From assembly GCA_965655095.1 (NCBI GenBank), contig OZ296649.1, positions 113,460,001 to 113,524,000 on the forward strand: DNA of 64,000 nucleotides. Reading direction: 5' to 3'. This document shows, piece after piece, positions 42,101-53,800 of this stretch. The position numbers and the translations under genes are program-made. The stretch comes from Haplodiscus bocki (Eukaryota). Within the stretch, counting starts at the first letter, position 1. Each line of letters starts with the position of its first letter. The notes under the pieces are model-generated. The model did not search any database. It was given only the letters and a program-made list of their open reading frames with translations, and had not been told where the DNA came from.

Positions 42101-45100
42101 GAAAATGAACAATTGACAGTCCACTGTGTCTCAGTCAAATCTTCGATATGTCAAACATGACCTTTCAGATAATATGTTGCTCATTTTTTGAAAACAATGT
42201 TGAAAAAAATTTACCACTTTTTAGAACGTGAAAATAAACGAGTACCGGCCAAATGTCTCAAAAGAGGATGTTTTTAACCGTTTACAGATGACCAGATTCT
42301 AAGATGACGTCAAAAAATGCAAGTTCTGAACAGGATAAAAAAAACTAAGCATAAGACTGTTTCAATGCACATTCTTTCTTTGAGTTAGAATGTGCTGAAA
42401 CGATTTTCCAAAATTAGTACATTTATTATTATGTGGAAGGGAGAAAACCTGCTGTTTCATTTACTTCCCCGAAATTTTCTTGATCGATCGTAAAAAAAAA
42501 GTTAAAACAAGTTAAAATGTTCGTCATCAAAAACTACCTATATCTAGACACTATTGGAATTTCTTGGCACTTCCAGGATCCTGCGAGTTTGCATTCTATG
42601 AATAAAAATGAATACATCTGGTTACCTTTTGATTTTTGCGAGAAATGAGTGGCGAGTTAGATGCACTGGCTGATTTGTAATTGGGGAATGTGGTTGTATT
42701 GCTGTTTTCGGCGGCTGGGGCAATGACGCTCCCATTGGTGACTCCGAAATGGGGAGACGCCTGGTCCGAACAAGTGGTGTGTTCAATCCAACTCAACCAC
42801 CAACTCTGCGGAATGATGTACCACTTGGACCCCACCAGAAGAAAACTCTTTTCACGCTTGATGAAACGCCTGAAACACCAACATGCATTCGAAAAATACA
42901 AATCGAGAACGACTCAAAATCATTCTAAGATGACGAGCACCAGGAATTTTGTCAAAACAAATAGTGTCTCAGAACCAGAAAATTATCTTGACTTTATTAA
43001 GAATGCGAGGGAAACACGCTTGAAGATTAAAATTTTAACATTTGAACTCATAAAAAAAGAAGTGACTGTGATAGTCGAGTAATTTTTACAGAAGCAATAT
43101 TAAATGTATGTTCTATTTCAAAACAACCCTGGAGGTTTCGATGTCGTATCATAATCATCATCAAGATCGCTTCTTGAAAGCTCAATTCAATGTCGCCATC
43201 GTTGCGTATTTCAATCCAACACAACTTTCGTACGGTAAACTAATTTTCTTTTACAGTTGAATAAAACATCCTCATCGGCTACAAAAACCTGAATTTAGAA
43301 ACCGCATTTGATCAGACAGCTCTATTTTGTTGCGCAATTAATTAAACTCAACTCAAACATTTACATCTTGGGCTCAATTGCAATGATCTCAAGCAAGCCG
43401 TCAACTTACATGATGGAATTTTTGCCCATTAATATGTGATGTGAGCATATCTTAATGCCTTTCTTGATTGCAGAGGTACTTCAGTATCAAACTAACAATA
43501 ACTACATGATCTATGAAGACGTGGAAACAAAACTTGGTTAAGTCATGGTTGATTATTTGATTAGATTGGAACCTGAGAAGTAGTCCTTCTTCTTCGGGTG
43601 AGGTAGGTTTTAGTCCAAAAACAATGTGACACATTTGTTCCAACAATTCACTGAATACAGTCAGCACTTCCGTCTTTTCACTCCAGATCAGAAAGTCATC
43701 CAGCTGGATAAACGAATCCTGAAACATAAACTCAGTTTGAATCAACCATCATAACAAGCAGAAATTTACAATTTGTTACAATGAGAAATTTACAAGAATC
43801 TACACCTGGTTCAAACAAACTAAAAGAAATACGAAAATATAGTTACCAATCAGGGTTTTTCCGATCAACTGGTTCAGAACAGTAAATCTTACATGGTCTG
43901 GATCATGCTGATTCATAATATCGTTCACGATATCTGGTGACTCAGTGTAGACAGATCCAGAGCGTAGTTTGTTAGAGGAAGAGAAGCTAGCAAATTGGAT
44001 TTGGATCCGAATGCAAATGTCGGCAAGGTTGAATACTTCTACTCTCGACAACATCCCATCATTGTCAAAGTCAAACATCCGGAACAAAACTGAAACAAAA
44101 CAGTTTCAAAATCAGGTTGCTGAACATTTGAAAAATCGGCTGGCCAAAACTCTGGATAATGAAACGTCAAAAAATAATTTCATTGGCCGTTACGATAAGA
44201 TACGAAATGACCGACGATGCAATTGAACACGCGAATTGTAAACCATCAAAAAGTATTACATTTCCTGAACGCCAAATTTTCCAAAGGAAAAATTGTAAAC
44301 ACTTTTAGACGTCAAGACCAAAAACCTCATAAAAAATAGGCGCTGGTGAGTCTCCATCATCGGAGCAGAAGAGTCTAAAAGTCTCTTGATTTCACTCACA
44401 TTTCAATTAGTTCCAAAAATGAATGCGATCTTTTTTCACAAAGACGGCATTTCCAGAAAAGACGAAGCCTATTTCCTATTCAAATCAGGCCAACGTTTCC
44501 CCAATACATCTCAATTTTGAGCTCATAAGAAATGAACCGCAAAAAGACAAGTCGGCGCCGCTCGTAAGGGTCAAAATACTCACTAGACGAGAGCTTTTAA
44601 TGTTTGAAAATTTTCGTTCTTCCGAAAAATTTGGTTATATGCAACAGTTATAAGGATTCTTTTTCATAAAAAATGACGACGGGGGCATATCCCAAAATTT
44701 TAAGTACTGCTTTCTTGCAAAATTATTGGATCAGCCATATGGGGGTTTCGCAACAACTTTGGCAATCGGATCTTAAAAGTTTTCAAAAAGTTGCCAGGGC
44801 GAAAAATTTCAAAAGTTCGTATATGTTTTTTGAAGGTCTTTGGAACGTCGTAAATATGAAATTAGGTATTGTATTGATTCTGTGAGTACAGATAGACAAT
44901 GTTAATAAAAAAAGGTAGGGTTAGTAAAAACGTCGGATAGAGTGACGCCTGTCATCCTGAAAAAAACTATGTACTACAATAGTCGGCCTTTTTAGTCATA
45001 ACTTTTGTTGCACTTTTTCGAGAATTTTGGCCTCAAAGCTAGTGCTTTAAAAACTTTCAAAAAATGTACAGCAAAAAAATTATTTTGTAACATCGTTTCA

Positions 45101-46841
45101 GAATGGATTACTAACTAAGGCTACTTTGTGGGGAAAAGGGACGTAAATCCCCAAAATTACACCAAAGTTAGCAAATTTTACAATTCAAATTAAACTACAA
45201 CAGACTTTCAAACTTTCATACTTCCGCGAAATTTGATTGTATTTGTAATTTCATATCGATACATTATATACGTTATAGAATAGTAGCAGGAAGCTTGAAC
45301 CCCCCAAAAATGCAGAAGTTAGCTACCATTGGCTGTTCCTGAACAATCAAAAGGCCCTTTGCAGAGATTTCAACTTCCTGCAAAAGTCACTGAAATTGCG
45401 ATGTCGTTCAGATATGTTATGGATTAGTAGCAAGAAATTTGATAAGATTGACAAAAGGCAGAGAAGCTCCTAAAAATTGCAAAAATAGCAAAGTTTGCTT
45501 ACTCTAAAAAAAAACTTTTTTGAATAATTACCAAAAAAAGCAAATCTTGAAAACTGTTCTTCTTCTTTACTGATATACAATGGATTGGTTGATAGAAAAC
45601 TGATTTGGTGGGTAAAAGAGGGAAATGTCTAAAACAACGCAAAATACGAACTTTCGTTTATTTCGAATTATAAAGAGAATCTAGAATTAGAAAGCTTGAA
45701 TTTTGCGTTAATAGCACATAATTGAGAGAACTTTAAATGTCAGGATTAACTGATGAAATGTAAAGCATTTGTATATGGAAGCACGTCAGCAGTGCTACAT
45801 GTAAGCAAAGTTACAATTCAAGGCTACAATTTTATTTTACACTTCAACGTTTAAATGTTAGGAAAAAAGTCACGAGGTTTACATATAAAATCGAAGACCT
45901 TCGGCTTCGATATTAATAAGCAGTCGTTTTTCGTTTCGACTAACTTCCGGTACTTTCACAATCTCATGTTTACAGTTTAGAAGGTTGATACCAGTGTCCT
46001 TTAGGGTAGGCGAGTCTAGAATAGTCTAGTCTTGGAGAAAATAAACGAGAAACAATGATTTCGAGGAGCATATGAAAAAACCAAAATCCGATAGAGATTT
46101 TAGACATATTTTTCCAAGACTATGAATGACGAACTTACATTTTCTCCTTTCTACTTTGGGTCCTCTGCAACAAGCTGACACCCCATAAGCGTATTCCTTG
46201 AAGTCTATGATGCCGTCTCGGTTGGAATCGAACGAGTTGAAAAAGCCTCTGGTTATTTCGTCGGCTATCGGGGGACAAACGAGGCTTTCAAAAGTAGCGT
46301 AGTCCATGGACACTCTACTAGCACCACAAAGAGTAGCGAAATGTTTCTCCAGTAGCTCTATTTCGTTCTCATGCACTGAAAACATGGAAAGGTGATAGTA
46401 CGATTTTTCCCAGAGAGAAAAATCGAAATCCCTTGACTATTCAAGTACGTAGCAAACGGTTTAATTGAAGATTAATTGAAAAACATCCTTGTTACCACTC
46501 TCATTGGTCATGAAAAACGGCCATTTCAAAAAGATCTGAGGGCAGCAAAAGTATAGTAATCTAATGATCTTAAACTCTTGAGCTCTGCAAATATAACAGT
46601 GCTTAGATGGGTAAATGATTTGAATCGTACGTTTAAATTTTGTGGATAAAGAAGAGAACATACGATGAGTGATTTTGGCAATGGTTCCATACAGTGTGGG
46701 CACGGCGAAAGCATCGTTTTTAACGGCGGGGGGTTGATTGAATCCAGGAACAACTTCGGAAAAGAACCAAGAGGTCAGAATGTAGGATTCACTATTCAAA
46801 TTCACCCAGGCATTGAACATGTCGAAATCAATCGCAAGAGA
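8812..46841 (-). CDS. USP32: USP32-like ubiquitin carboxyl-terminal hydrolase; 15 exons in window, 5'-incomplete
   Basis: All 14 introns are GT-AG and phase-compatible, giving one open frame of 1508 aa plus stop. Domain order EF-hands, DUSP, Ubl-like, USP; Cys box [24 protein letters not shown], His box [14 protein letters not shown]-terminal CaaX. This architecture is characteristic of USP32. Confidence 0.92.
9270..9815 (-). CDS. USP32: USP32-like exon 14
   Basis: tttag|[41 protein letters not shown]|gttagt; 546 nt. Confidence 0.92.
11262..11634 (-). CDS. USP32: USP32-like exon 13
   Basis: tttag|(C)[46 protein letters not shown]|gttagt; 373 nt, phase 2 to 0. Confidence 0.9.
12776..12960 (-). 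CDS. USP32: USP32-like exon 12 (absent from the ORF track)
   Basis: tttacag|[61 protein letters not shown](C)|gttagt; resembles USP32 YFL..LFGMPL..SNHAQDC; 185 nt. Confidence 0.9.
13350..13731 (-). CDS. USP32: USP32-like exon 11 (low-complexity insert ending FIFAVHSKP)
   Basis: tttag|A CTT GAG.. to FIFAVHSKP|gtgagt; 382 nt, phase 2 to 0. Confidence 0.82.
14120..14452 (-). CDS. USP32: USP32-like exon 10
   Basis: ttgcag|[23 protein letters not shown](K)|gttagt; 333 nt, phase 2 to 2. Confidence 0.85.
14839..15327 (-). CDS. USP32: USP32-like exon 9: QHDAQE box
   Basis: gacag|[69 protein letters not shown](R)|gttaga; 489 nt. Confidence 0.94.
15780..15990 (+). repeat. Dispersed repeat family R2, copy 1
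   Basis: gggaggcggaaaatatgccggtggtagccggccgtcttg and the sequence before it match the reverse complement of 47432-47620. Confidence 0.75.
16780..19440 (+). mobile_element. Decayed BEL/Pao LTR retrotransposon, internal gag-pol region, antisense to the host gene
   Basis: Gag-like [14 protein letters not shown] (~16785); [27 protein letters not shown] (~17525), [12 protein letters not shown] and FYMDG (decayed YxDD, ~17742); FSVLDPL (~18045); RNase [13 protein letters not shown] (~18468); integrase C-terminus [24 protein letters not shown] and [11 protein letters not shown] (18974-19432). Many stops and deletions. Confidence 0.88.
19484..19727 (+). repeat. Possible 3' LTR of the BEL/Pao remnant
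   Basis: Follows the end of pol and a short G-rich tract; bounded by TGTT...AACA. No matching 5' LTR seen. Confidence 0.25.
21340..22450 (-). pseudogene. Possible intron-containing pseudogene of unknown function, nested in the large intron
   Basis: Three near-open segments separated by gtaagt..tttcag (22209-22103) and gtaggt..ctacag (21658-21579); several in-frame stops and one frameshift. Confidence 0.4.
23950..26410 (+). pseudogene. Polinton pPolB remnant, second lineage
   Basis: KMNLLL..HH (~24110); RIEVP; VYADLEALL (~24373); decayed EndoVII-like motif (~24650-24730); [22 protein letters not shown] (25006-25341 ORF); [14 protein letters not shown] (~25665-25720); [27 protein letters not shown] (26094-26285); SLASGH at the end. 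Confidence 0.85.
27560..28880 (-). pseudogene. Polinton major capsid protein (double jelly-roll, hexon-like) remnant
   Basis: DTWIECQGY (~28422-28449); HVDFF (~28310-28325); [14 protein letters not shown] (~28018-28059); [26 protein letters not shown] (27792-28040 ORF). Boundaries approximate. Confidence 0.72.
28950..29285 (-). pseudogene. Small Polinton ORF with a GxG/amphipathic segment, between minor and major capsid genes
   Basis: [29 protein letters not shown] resembles a recalled Polinton motif GxGFGALA..GRxAIP..KY..PEI; position also fits. Confidence 0.55.
29290..30330 (-). pseudogene. Polinton minor capsid protein (penton-like) remnant
   Basis: 30299-30152 reads [47 protein letters not shown], fitting the FPxNTxSxF..LxGxWEVALxEISYP N-terminal signature; ends near VHFK (~29295). 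Confidence 0.68.
30340..31270 (-). pseudogene. Polinton retroviral-like (rve) integrase remnant
   Basis: [33 protein letters not shown] (30993-31265) and GKVWMDR (30791-30991; compare KIWVDKGxEF); frameshifted. Confidence 0.78.
32400..33120 (-). pseudogene. Polinton A32-like packaging ATPase remnant
   Basis: Decayed Walker [16 protein letters not shown] (~33045-33090; compare GPSGSGKT) and C-terminal [17 protein letters not shown] (32409-32675 ORF). Confidence 0.75.
34087..34252 (+). repeat. Local direct duplication (~70 bp, two copies ~97 bp apart)
   Basis: aaacatctaactcaactac..atttcatgga..atcaatt.ctttccagagaataaaatttgaaa occurs twice. Confidence 0.8.
36720..37640 (+). repeat. Diverged copy or copies of dispersed repeat family R1
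   Basis: Shares acaacgcaaaatgaacaat, agaacgcaaaaataaac and ctacgatgacgt..caggataaaaaact with 41711-42390 and the array unit. Left boundary approximate. Confidence 0.65.
38618..38943 (-). CDS. USP32: USP32-like exon 8: end of Ubl-like region and catalytic Cys box
   Basis: cccag|[69 protein letters not shown](M)|gtcagt; 326 nt. Confidence 0.95.
39216..39689 (-). CDS. USP32: USP32-like exon 7: DUSP C-terminus and Ubl-like region
   Basis: ttcag|[36 protein letters not shown]|gtgagt; 474 nt. Confidence 0.9.
40645..40770 (-). CDS. USP32: USP32-like exon 6 (absent from the ORF track)
   Basis: aacag|[42 protein letters not shown]|gtaaaa; contains the DUSP PGxIDN-like motif; 126 nt, phase 0 to 0. 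Confidence 0.85.
41711..42390 (+). repeat. Solo copy of dispersed repeat family R1 (~680 bp)
   Basis: Collinear with and closely similar to 49040-49700 of the array unit (cttgacaatgaaaa..gatgtaactgacactttt..caggataaaa..actaagcata). Confidence 0.9.
42626..42869 (-). CDS. USP32: USP32-like exon 5: DUSP N-terminus
   Basis: tttcag|[41 protein letters not shown]|gtaacc; 244 nt. Confidence 0.9.
43573..43718 (-). CDS. USP32: USP32-like exon 4
   Basis: tttcag|[36 protein letters not shown](R)|gttcca; 146 nt. Donor is weak but phase-compatible. Confidence 0.87.
43893..44089 (-). CDS. USP32: USP32-like exon 3: EF-hand
   Basis: tttcag|(F)[27 protein letters not shown]|gtaaga; 197 nt. Confidence 0.9.
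46139..46375 (-). CDS. USP32: USP32-like exon 2: EF-hand
   Basis: tttcag|(L)[48 protein letters not shown]|gtaagt; 237 nt. Confidence 0.93.
46664..46841 (-). CDS. USP32: USP32-like exon 1 in window (an internal exon; upstream exons not found)
   Basis: tttcag|[34 protein letters not shown]|gtatgt; resembles USP32 TPTFYQTLAGVTHL; 178 nt. Confidence 0.85.
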
Positions 46842-47431
46842 CTGAAAAACAATGTCACATCCCTTCATATATCCCCCACTTTATTTGTATATATAAATAT
46901 ATATCAAAAATGTCACATCTGAAACATTCTAAGATTAATTTAATATGAAAGACTACGAAAAGATAGCTTGCAGGAGTATATTTTGCGATACCCCTTGCTG
47001 ACGGTGAAAAAATTTGAAATAAGAAAATCCAAATCTTTGTGATAGACCCATGAGTTCATTTAAAATTTGGACAACGTGGAGAATTGGAAGCTTTGCGGCA
47101 CACAATGGCGTAACACATCAGCAGTCACAACACCTTCAAAGAATCCTTAAGAGGCCAAAGCCACAGGTGCTACCCGTAAGGCTCATGGATAAAACCTTTG
47201 CTGTTTTAAAAAGTTTTCGTTTCTCACATGTAGCGCACTCAAAGGGGGGTATCACAATCTTTGTAGAAATTTGTTTCTCCGAATACCGAAAAGTTTCGTA
47301 GTGAGCTTTTGGTGTTCTGAAAATTTGTATGTTTTCCTTCAATGATTGGTGATATATGGCTCTTTCGTCAGACCATGTTGACCTTAATTTGCCAGAATCG
47401 ATCTCTCATTCTCTTTGGAGATATAGAAATA

Positions 47432-47660
47432 ACAAGACGGCCGGCCACCACCGACATATTTTCAGCCTTCAAACTTAAACTTTGCTGAAGATACCTTTTA
47501 GAAGGATGAAAGCGTTTTCTCGAAAAAAAACTATCTTCAGCAAATTTTGATTTTTCCAAATTCAAAATTTTCTGATTTCTGCAAAAAAATATTTCACGAA
47601 GAAAAAATGACCTTTTTATCAAAAAAAACTATTTGATACGCATTCTACAGCAAATTTGCT
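47432..47660 (-). repeat. Dispersed repeat family R2, copy 2
   Basis: acaagacggccggccaccaccgacatattttcagcc.. is an inverted match to 15780-15990. Confidence 0.72.
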
Positions 47661-47800
47661 ATTTGCTATACTTTTTGTGGTCAGAACAGTCGAACATCGG
47701 ACACTTTTTTTACATCGGACATTATTAATTGGAAAGTAACCGTAAAAAACGTTCGCTTTGAGTGGATGATTTTTCTCTCATATTATAAATGTCGGTAGAC

Positions 47801-50800
47801 CAGAATGGAAAGGTTCGTAGCTTCAAAATTTAGCAACAAGCGAATGAATTTCCTTATTTTCAAATATCAATAAATGTTCACAAAAAAAGAAAATCGGATC
47901 CACCTTCAATTTTTACGACACTGTGCTTTTTTTTTCAAAAAAAGGGCCCCTCAAGGAACTCGAAAATCGAAGCAAAAGCAATTAAGATTTTTGACGAACT
48001 AAAACATTCTGAACGATCAAAGTCGGATTTATTCTCCAGGAAAAAGTCCATTAAAATTTGATTTGTGAGACGACGTGTACGTTTCGAAATATTTAGAAAC
48101 TAAAATCCAAAAACAAGAAGAGAACACAGAAGGCTTTTGTCTAGGGTTCGTTTTACATAGAAAAGCGCATTCGGTAGATTTGAAACTTTGCCTTTTACCT
48201 TTGCGTAACCATTCTACCTCCAGACACTCCGATGGGTTTCTCCGAATTAAAAGGAAGGATAATAAGAGAAAACTTTAAAAGGTTTTATACCATAATAGGC
48301 AATATGTCAGTCTTGCTTGCTTTCGATGATCGTTTTATTGGAGCGCTCTGGTCAAATTGAAAAAAAAGAGGACAAATTGAAATAAGCGTTTGTTACAATC
48401 AATACAGTATTTGTTTTTCGATCCACCGGATTGACTTTCAGACTTGAAGAATAAATCGCTGTTTCAATTTCTCACACAACACGGAACGCGAAAACTAAAA
48501 GAGACGAAGCGGATCTTTGAGACACATTCCAACTTGTCAGTTAACATCAAGGATTCACTATACACATCAAAGATCGAGAGGCATTCGAAGCAGTGATGGC
48601 AGATGTGGTGTGGTTGAAACTTTAAGAAAAATTATAGCATCTGTCAATCATACGTTTGTTACGAAAAGCCGAATCCAGACAATGGCTGCCAATGTTTCAT
48701 CTCGATCATTTGATCTGTTAATCATGCCTCTTTAGGTTACGTCATTTTGCAGTCAATTGTTTGAAAATTGGCACAATTTACAACGCAACAATGAACAAAA
48801 ACCTGCCACAATGTCTCGTACAGAAAATATTGATATGCGAGACCTGACTTGTCAGGACGCTGTTGTAAATTTTTCCACAGCAAGGTTGTTTCAAAAAAAC
48901 AAACTAATTGGAACACCAAGAGAGACAAGGACTCGCTAGGTATTATCATAAAGGTCATTTTTGACCTTTTTACAACACCACTAGCCTTTTTCATGACGTC
49001 AAAAATTGCAACTTTTTAACAAGATGAAGCCTTTTCAACTTTAAGACCACCATTACTTGACAATGAAAAAAAGAGGCGAAAATCAGCTCCTTTTAAATGT
49101 TGCTACAAATGGCTGGTTTCCAGAAAAACTTTGGTTCCAAAACCAAAAAATAGATTCAGAGAACAGAGCAGAGGAATTTCGAAACATATTTTGACTTGTC
49201 AATTGAGATCAAACACCCTGCAATACATTAGAAACCATGATGCAGATGTAACTGACACTTTTGGAAACACTAAACCAGCTGTCAAACAATTGTTAGAAAA
49301 AATTAAACTGAGACAAGTGCCTGTCTAAGTGTTTCGTACTCAAAAATCAATCTGCTCAAGATGTCTTTTTTTAGGTTACGCTACTTTAGTCAAATGTTTT
49401 TGCACCTGAAACAACGCGAAAATGAACAGTTGACAGCCCACTGTGTCTCGGTCAAAACTTTGATATGTCAAACATGACCTTCCAGAAGTATGTTCTTCAT
49501 TTTTTCAAAACAATGTTAAAAAAAGATTAACAATTTTTAGAACGTGAAAATAAACGAGTAGCTGCCAAATGTCTCAAAAGAGGCCGTTTTCAACCGCTTA
49601 CAGATGACTAGGTTCTACGATGACGTCAAAAAATGCAAGTTTCGAACAGGATAAAACAACTAAGCATAGGACACATTCTTCCTTTTTCTCAGGATGTGTA
49701 ATAAAAAGGAGTTGAAGTAAATTTTCATTTGGGAGAACCGGAGGCCAAATGTGGTACTTTAAGCTCAAAATCTGAAAACTATTGTGTCAACAAAGGATCC
49801 CCAGTACAATTAAGCCTACATGCGTCCTAATTTGGGTAAGTTCCAATTTTGGGTCGTTCTAAAAAACAGTGTCAAGAAGCAGAGTCACTGAAAACATTCA
49901 TTGAGCAAATAGAACCGAGGGGCGACAGACTGACTCCGTTCACTTGTTTTGAAATACACGGGAGGACACCATGAGTTACACTTCTACTGTGATAAAACAT
50001 CAGAATGGAAAGGTTCGTAGCTCCAAAATTTAGCAACTAGCGAATGAATTTCGTTATTTTCAAATATCAATAATTGTTCACAAAAAAGGAAAATCGGATC
50101 CAACTTCGATTTTTACGACACTGTGCTTTTTTTCAGAAAAAAGGGCCCCACAAGGAACTCGAAAATCGAAGCAAAAGCAATTAAGATTTTTGACGAACTA
50201 AAACATTCTGAACGATCAAAGTCGGATTTATTCTCCAGGAAAAAGTCCATTAAAATTTGACTTGTGAGACGACGTCTACGTTTCGAAATATTTAGAAGCT
50301 AAAATCCAAAAACAAGAAGAGAACACAGAAGGCTTTTGTCTAGGGTTCGTTTTACATAGAAAAGCGCATTCGGTAGATTTGAAACTTTGCCTATTACCTT
50401 TGCGTAACCATTCTACCTCCAGACACTCCGATGGGTTTCTCCGAATTAAAAGGAAGGATAATAAGAGAAAACTTTAAAAGGTTTTATACCATAATAGGCA
50501 ATATGTCAGTCTTGCTTGCTTTCGATGATCGTTTTATTGGAGCGCTCTGGTCAAATTGAAAAAAAAAGAGGACAAATTGAAATAAGCGTTTGTTACAATC
50601 AATACAGTATTTGTTTTTCGATCCACCGGATTGACTTTCAGACTTGAAGAAAATATCGCTGTTTCAATTTCTCACACAACACGGAACGCGAAAACTAAAA
50701 GAGACGAAGCGGATCTTTGAGACACATTCCAACTTGTCAGTTAACATCAAGGATTCACTATACACATCAAAGATCGAGAAGCATTCGAAGCAGTGATGGC

Positions 50801-53800
50801 AGATGTGGTTGAAACTTTAAGAAAAATTATAGCATCTGTCAATCATACGTTTGTTAGGAAAAGCCGAATCCAGACAAGTGGCTGCCAATGTTTCATCTCG
50901 ATCATTTGATCTGTTAATCATGCCTCTTTAGGTTACGTCATTTTGCAGTCAATTGTTTGAAAATTGGCACAATTTACAACGCAACAATGAACAAAAACCT
51001 GCCACAATGTCTCGTACAGAAAATATTGATATGCGAGACCTGACTTGTCAGGACGCTGTTGTATATTTTTCCAGAACAAGGTTGTTTCAAAAAAACAAAC
51101 TTATTGGAACGCCAGGAGAGACAAGGACTTGCTAGGTATTATCACAAAGGTCATTTTTGACCTTTTTACTACAACACTAGCCTTTTTCATGACGTCAAAA
51201 ATTGCAACTTTTTAACAAGATGAAGCCTTTTCAACTTTAAGACCACCATTACTTGACAATGAAAACAATATGCGAAAATCAGCTCCTTCTAAATGTTGCT
51301 ACAAATGGCTGGTTTCCAGAAAAACTTTGGTTCCAAACCAAAAAAGAGAATTCAGAGAACAGAGCAGAGGAATTTCGAAACATATTTTGACTTGTCAATT
51401 GAGATCAAACACCCTGCAAGACATTAGAAACCATGATGCAGATGTAACTGACACTTTTGGAAACACTAAACCAGCTGTCAAACAATTGTTAGAAAAAATT
51501 AAACTGAGACAAGTGCCTGTCTAAGTGTTTCGTACTCAAAAATCAATCTGCTCAAGATGTCTTTTTTAGGTTACGCTATTTTAGTCAAATGTTTTTGCAC
51601 CTGAAACAACGCGAAAATGAACAGTTGACAGCCCACTGTGTCTCAGTCGAAACTTTGATATGTCAAACATGACCTTCCAGAAGTATGTTCTTCATTTTTT
51701 CAAAACAATGTTAAAAAAAAATTAACAATTTTTAGAACGTGAAAATAAACGAGTGACTGCCAAATGTCTCAAAAGAGGCCGTTTTCAACCGCTTACAGAT
51801 GACTAGGTTCTACGATGACGTCAACAAAAAAAACAGATTCGAACAGGATAAAAAAACTAAGCATAAGACAGATTCTTCCTTTTTCTCAGGATGTGTAATA
51901 AAAAGGAGTTGTAGTAAATTTTCAATTGGGAGAACCGGAGGCCAAATGTGGTATTTTAAGCTCAAAATCTGAAAACTATTTTGTCAACAAAGGATCCCCA
52001 GTACAATTAAGCCTACATGCGTCCTAATTTGGGTAAGTTCCAATTTTGGGTCGTTCTAAAAAACAGTGTCAAGAAGCAGAGTCACTGAAAACATTCATTG
52101 AGCAAATAGAACCGAGGGGCGACAGACTGACTCCGTTCACTTGTTTTGAAATACACGGGAGGACACCACGAGTTACACTTCTACTGTGATAAAACATCAG
52201 AATCGAAAGGTTCGTAGCTCCAAAATTTAGCAACTAGCGAATGAATTTCGTTATTTTCAAATATCAATAATTGTTCACAAAAAAGGAAAATCGGATCCAA
52301 CTTCGATTTTTACGACACTGTGCTTTTTTTCAGAAAAAAGGGCCCCACAAGGAACTCGAAAATCGAAGCAAAAGCAATTAAGATTTTTGACGAACTAAAA
52401 CATTCTGAACGGTCAAAGTCGGATTTATTCTCCAGGAAAAAGTCCATTAAAATTTGACTTGTGAGACGACGTCTACGTATTGAAATATTTAGAAGCTAAA
52501 ATCCAAAAACAAGAAGAGAACGCAGAAGGCTTTTGTCTAGGGTTCGTTTTACATAGAAAAGCGCATTCGGTAGATTTGAAACTTTGCCTATTACCTTTGC
52601 GTAACCATTCTACCTCCAGACACTCCGATGGGTTTCTCCGAATTAAAAGGAAGGATAATAAGAGAAAACTTTAAAAGGTTTTATACCATAATAGGCAATA
52701 TGTCAGTCTTGCTTGCTTTCGATGATCGTTTCATTGGAGCGCTCTGGTCAAATTGAAAAAAAAAAGAGGACAAATTGAAATAAGCGTTTGTTACAATCAA
52801 TACAGTATTTGTTTTTTGATCCACCGGATTGACTTTCAGACTTGAAGAAAATATCGCTGTTTCAATTTCTCACACAACACGGAACGCGAAAACTAAAAGA
52901 GACGAAGCGGATCTTTGACACACATTCCAACTTGTCAGTTAACATCAAGGATTCACTATACACATCAAAGATCGAGAGGCATTCGAAGCAGTGATGGCAG
53001 ATGTGGTTGAAACTTTAAGAAAAATTATAGCATCTGTCAATCATACGTTTGTTAGGAAAAGCCGAATCCAGACAAGTGGCTGTCAATGTTTCATCTCGAT
53101 CATTTGATCTGTTAATCATGCCTCTTTAGGTTACGTCATTTTGCAGTCAATTGTTTGAAAATTGGCACAATTTACAACGCAACAATGAACAAAAACCTGC
53201 CACAATGTCTCGTACAGAAAATATTGATATGCGAGACCTGACTTGTCAGGACGCTGTTGTAAATTTTCCAGAACAAGGTTGTTTCAAAAAAACAAACTTA
53301 TTGGAACGCCAGGAGAGACAAGGACTTGCTAGGTATTATCACAAAGGTCATTTTTGACCTTTTTACTACAACACTAGCCTTTTTCATGACGTCAAAAATT
53401 GCAACTTTTTAACAAGATGAAGCCTTTTCAACTTTAAGACCACCATTACTTGACAATGAAAACAATATGCGAAAATCAGCTCCTTTTAAATGTTGCTACA
53501 AATGGCTGGTTTCCAGAAAAACTTTGGTTCCAAACCAAAAAAGAGAGTTCAGAGAACAGAGCAGAGGAATTTCGAAACATATTTTGACTTGTCAATTGAG
53601 ATCAAACACCCTGCAAGACATTAGAAACCATGATCCAGATGTAACTGACACCTTTGGAAACACTAAACCAGCTGTCAAACAATTGTTAGAAAAAATTAAA
53701 CTGAGACAAGTGCCTGTCTAAGTGTTTCGTACTCAAAAATCAATCTGCTCAAGATGTCTTTTCTTAGGTTACGCTATTTTAGTCAAATGTTTTTGCACCT

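Noticed and set aside
9292-44226. + strand ORFs overlapping USP32 exons (9292, 11344, 13372, 14171, 39496, 42681, 43969)
   Set aside because: Antisense shadows of real exons.
47801-50000. Tandemly duplicated USP32 exon within the unit
   Set aside because: The minus-strand segments I translated gave no USP32 N-terminal-like peptide between splice sites.
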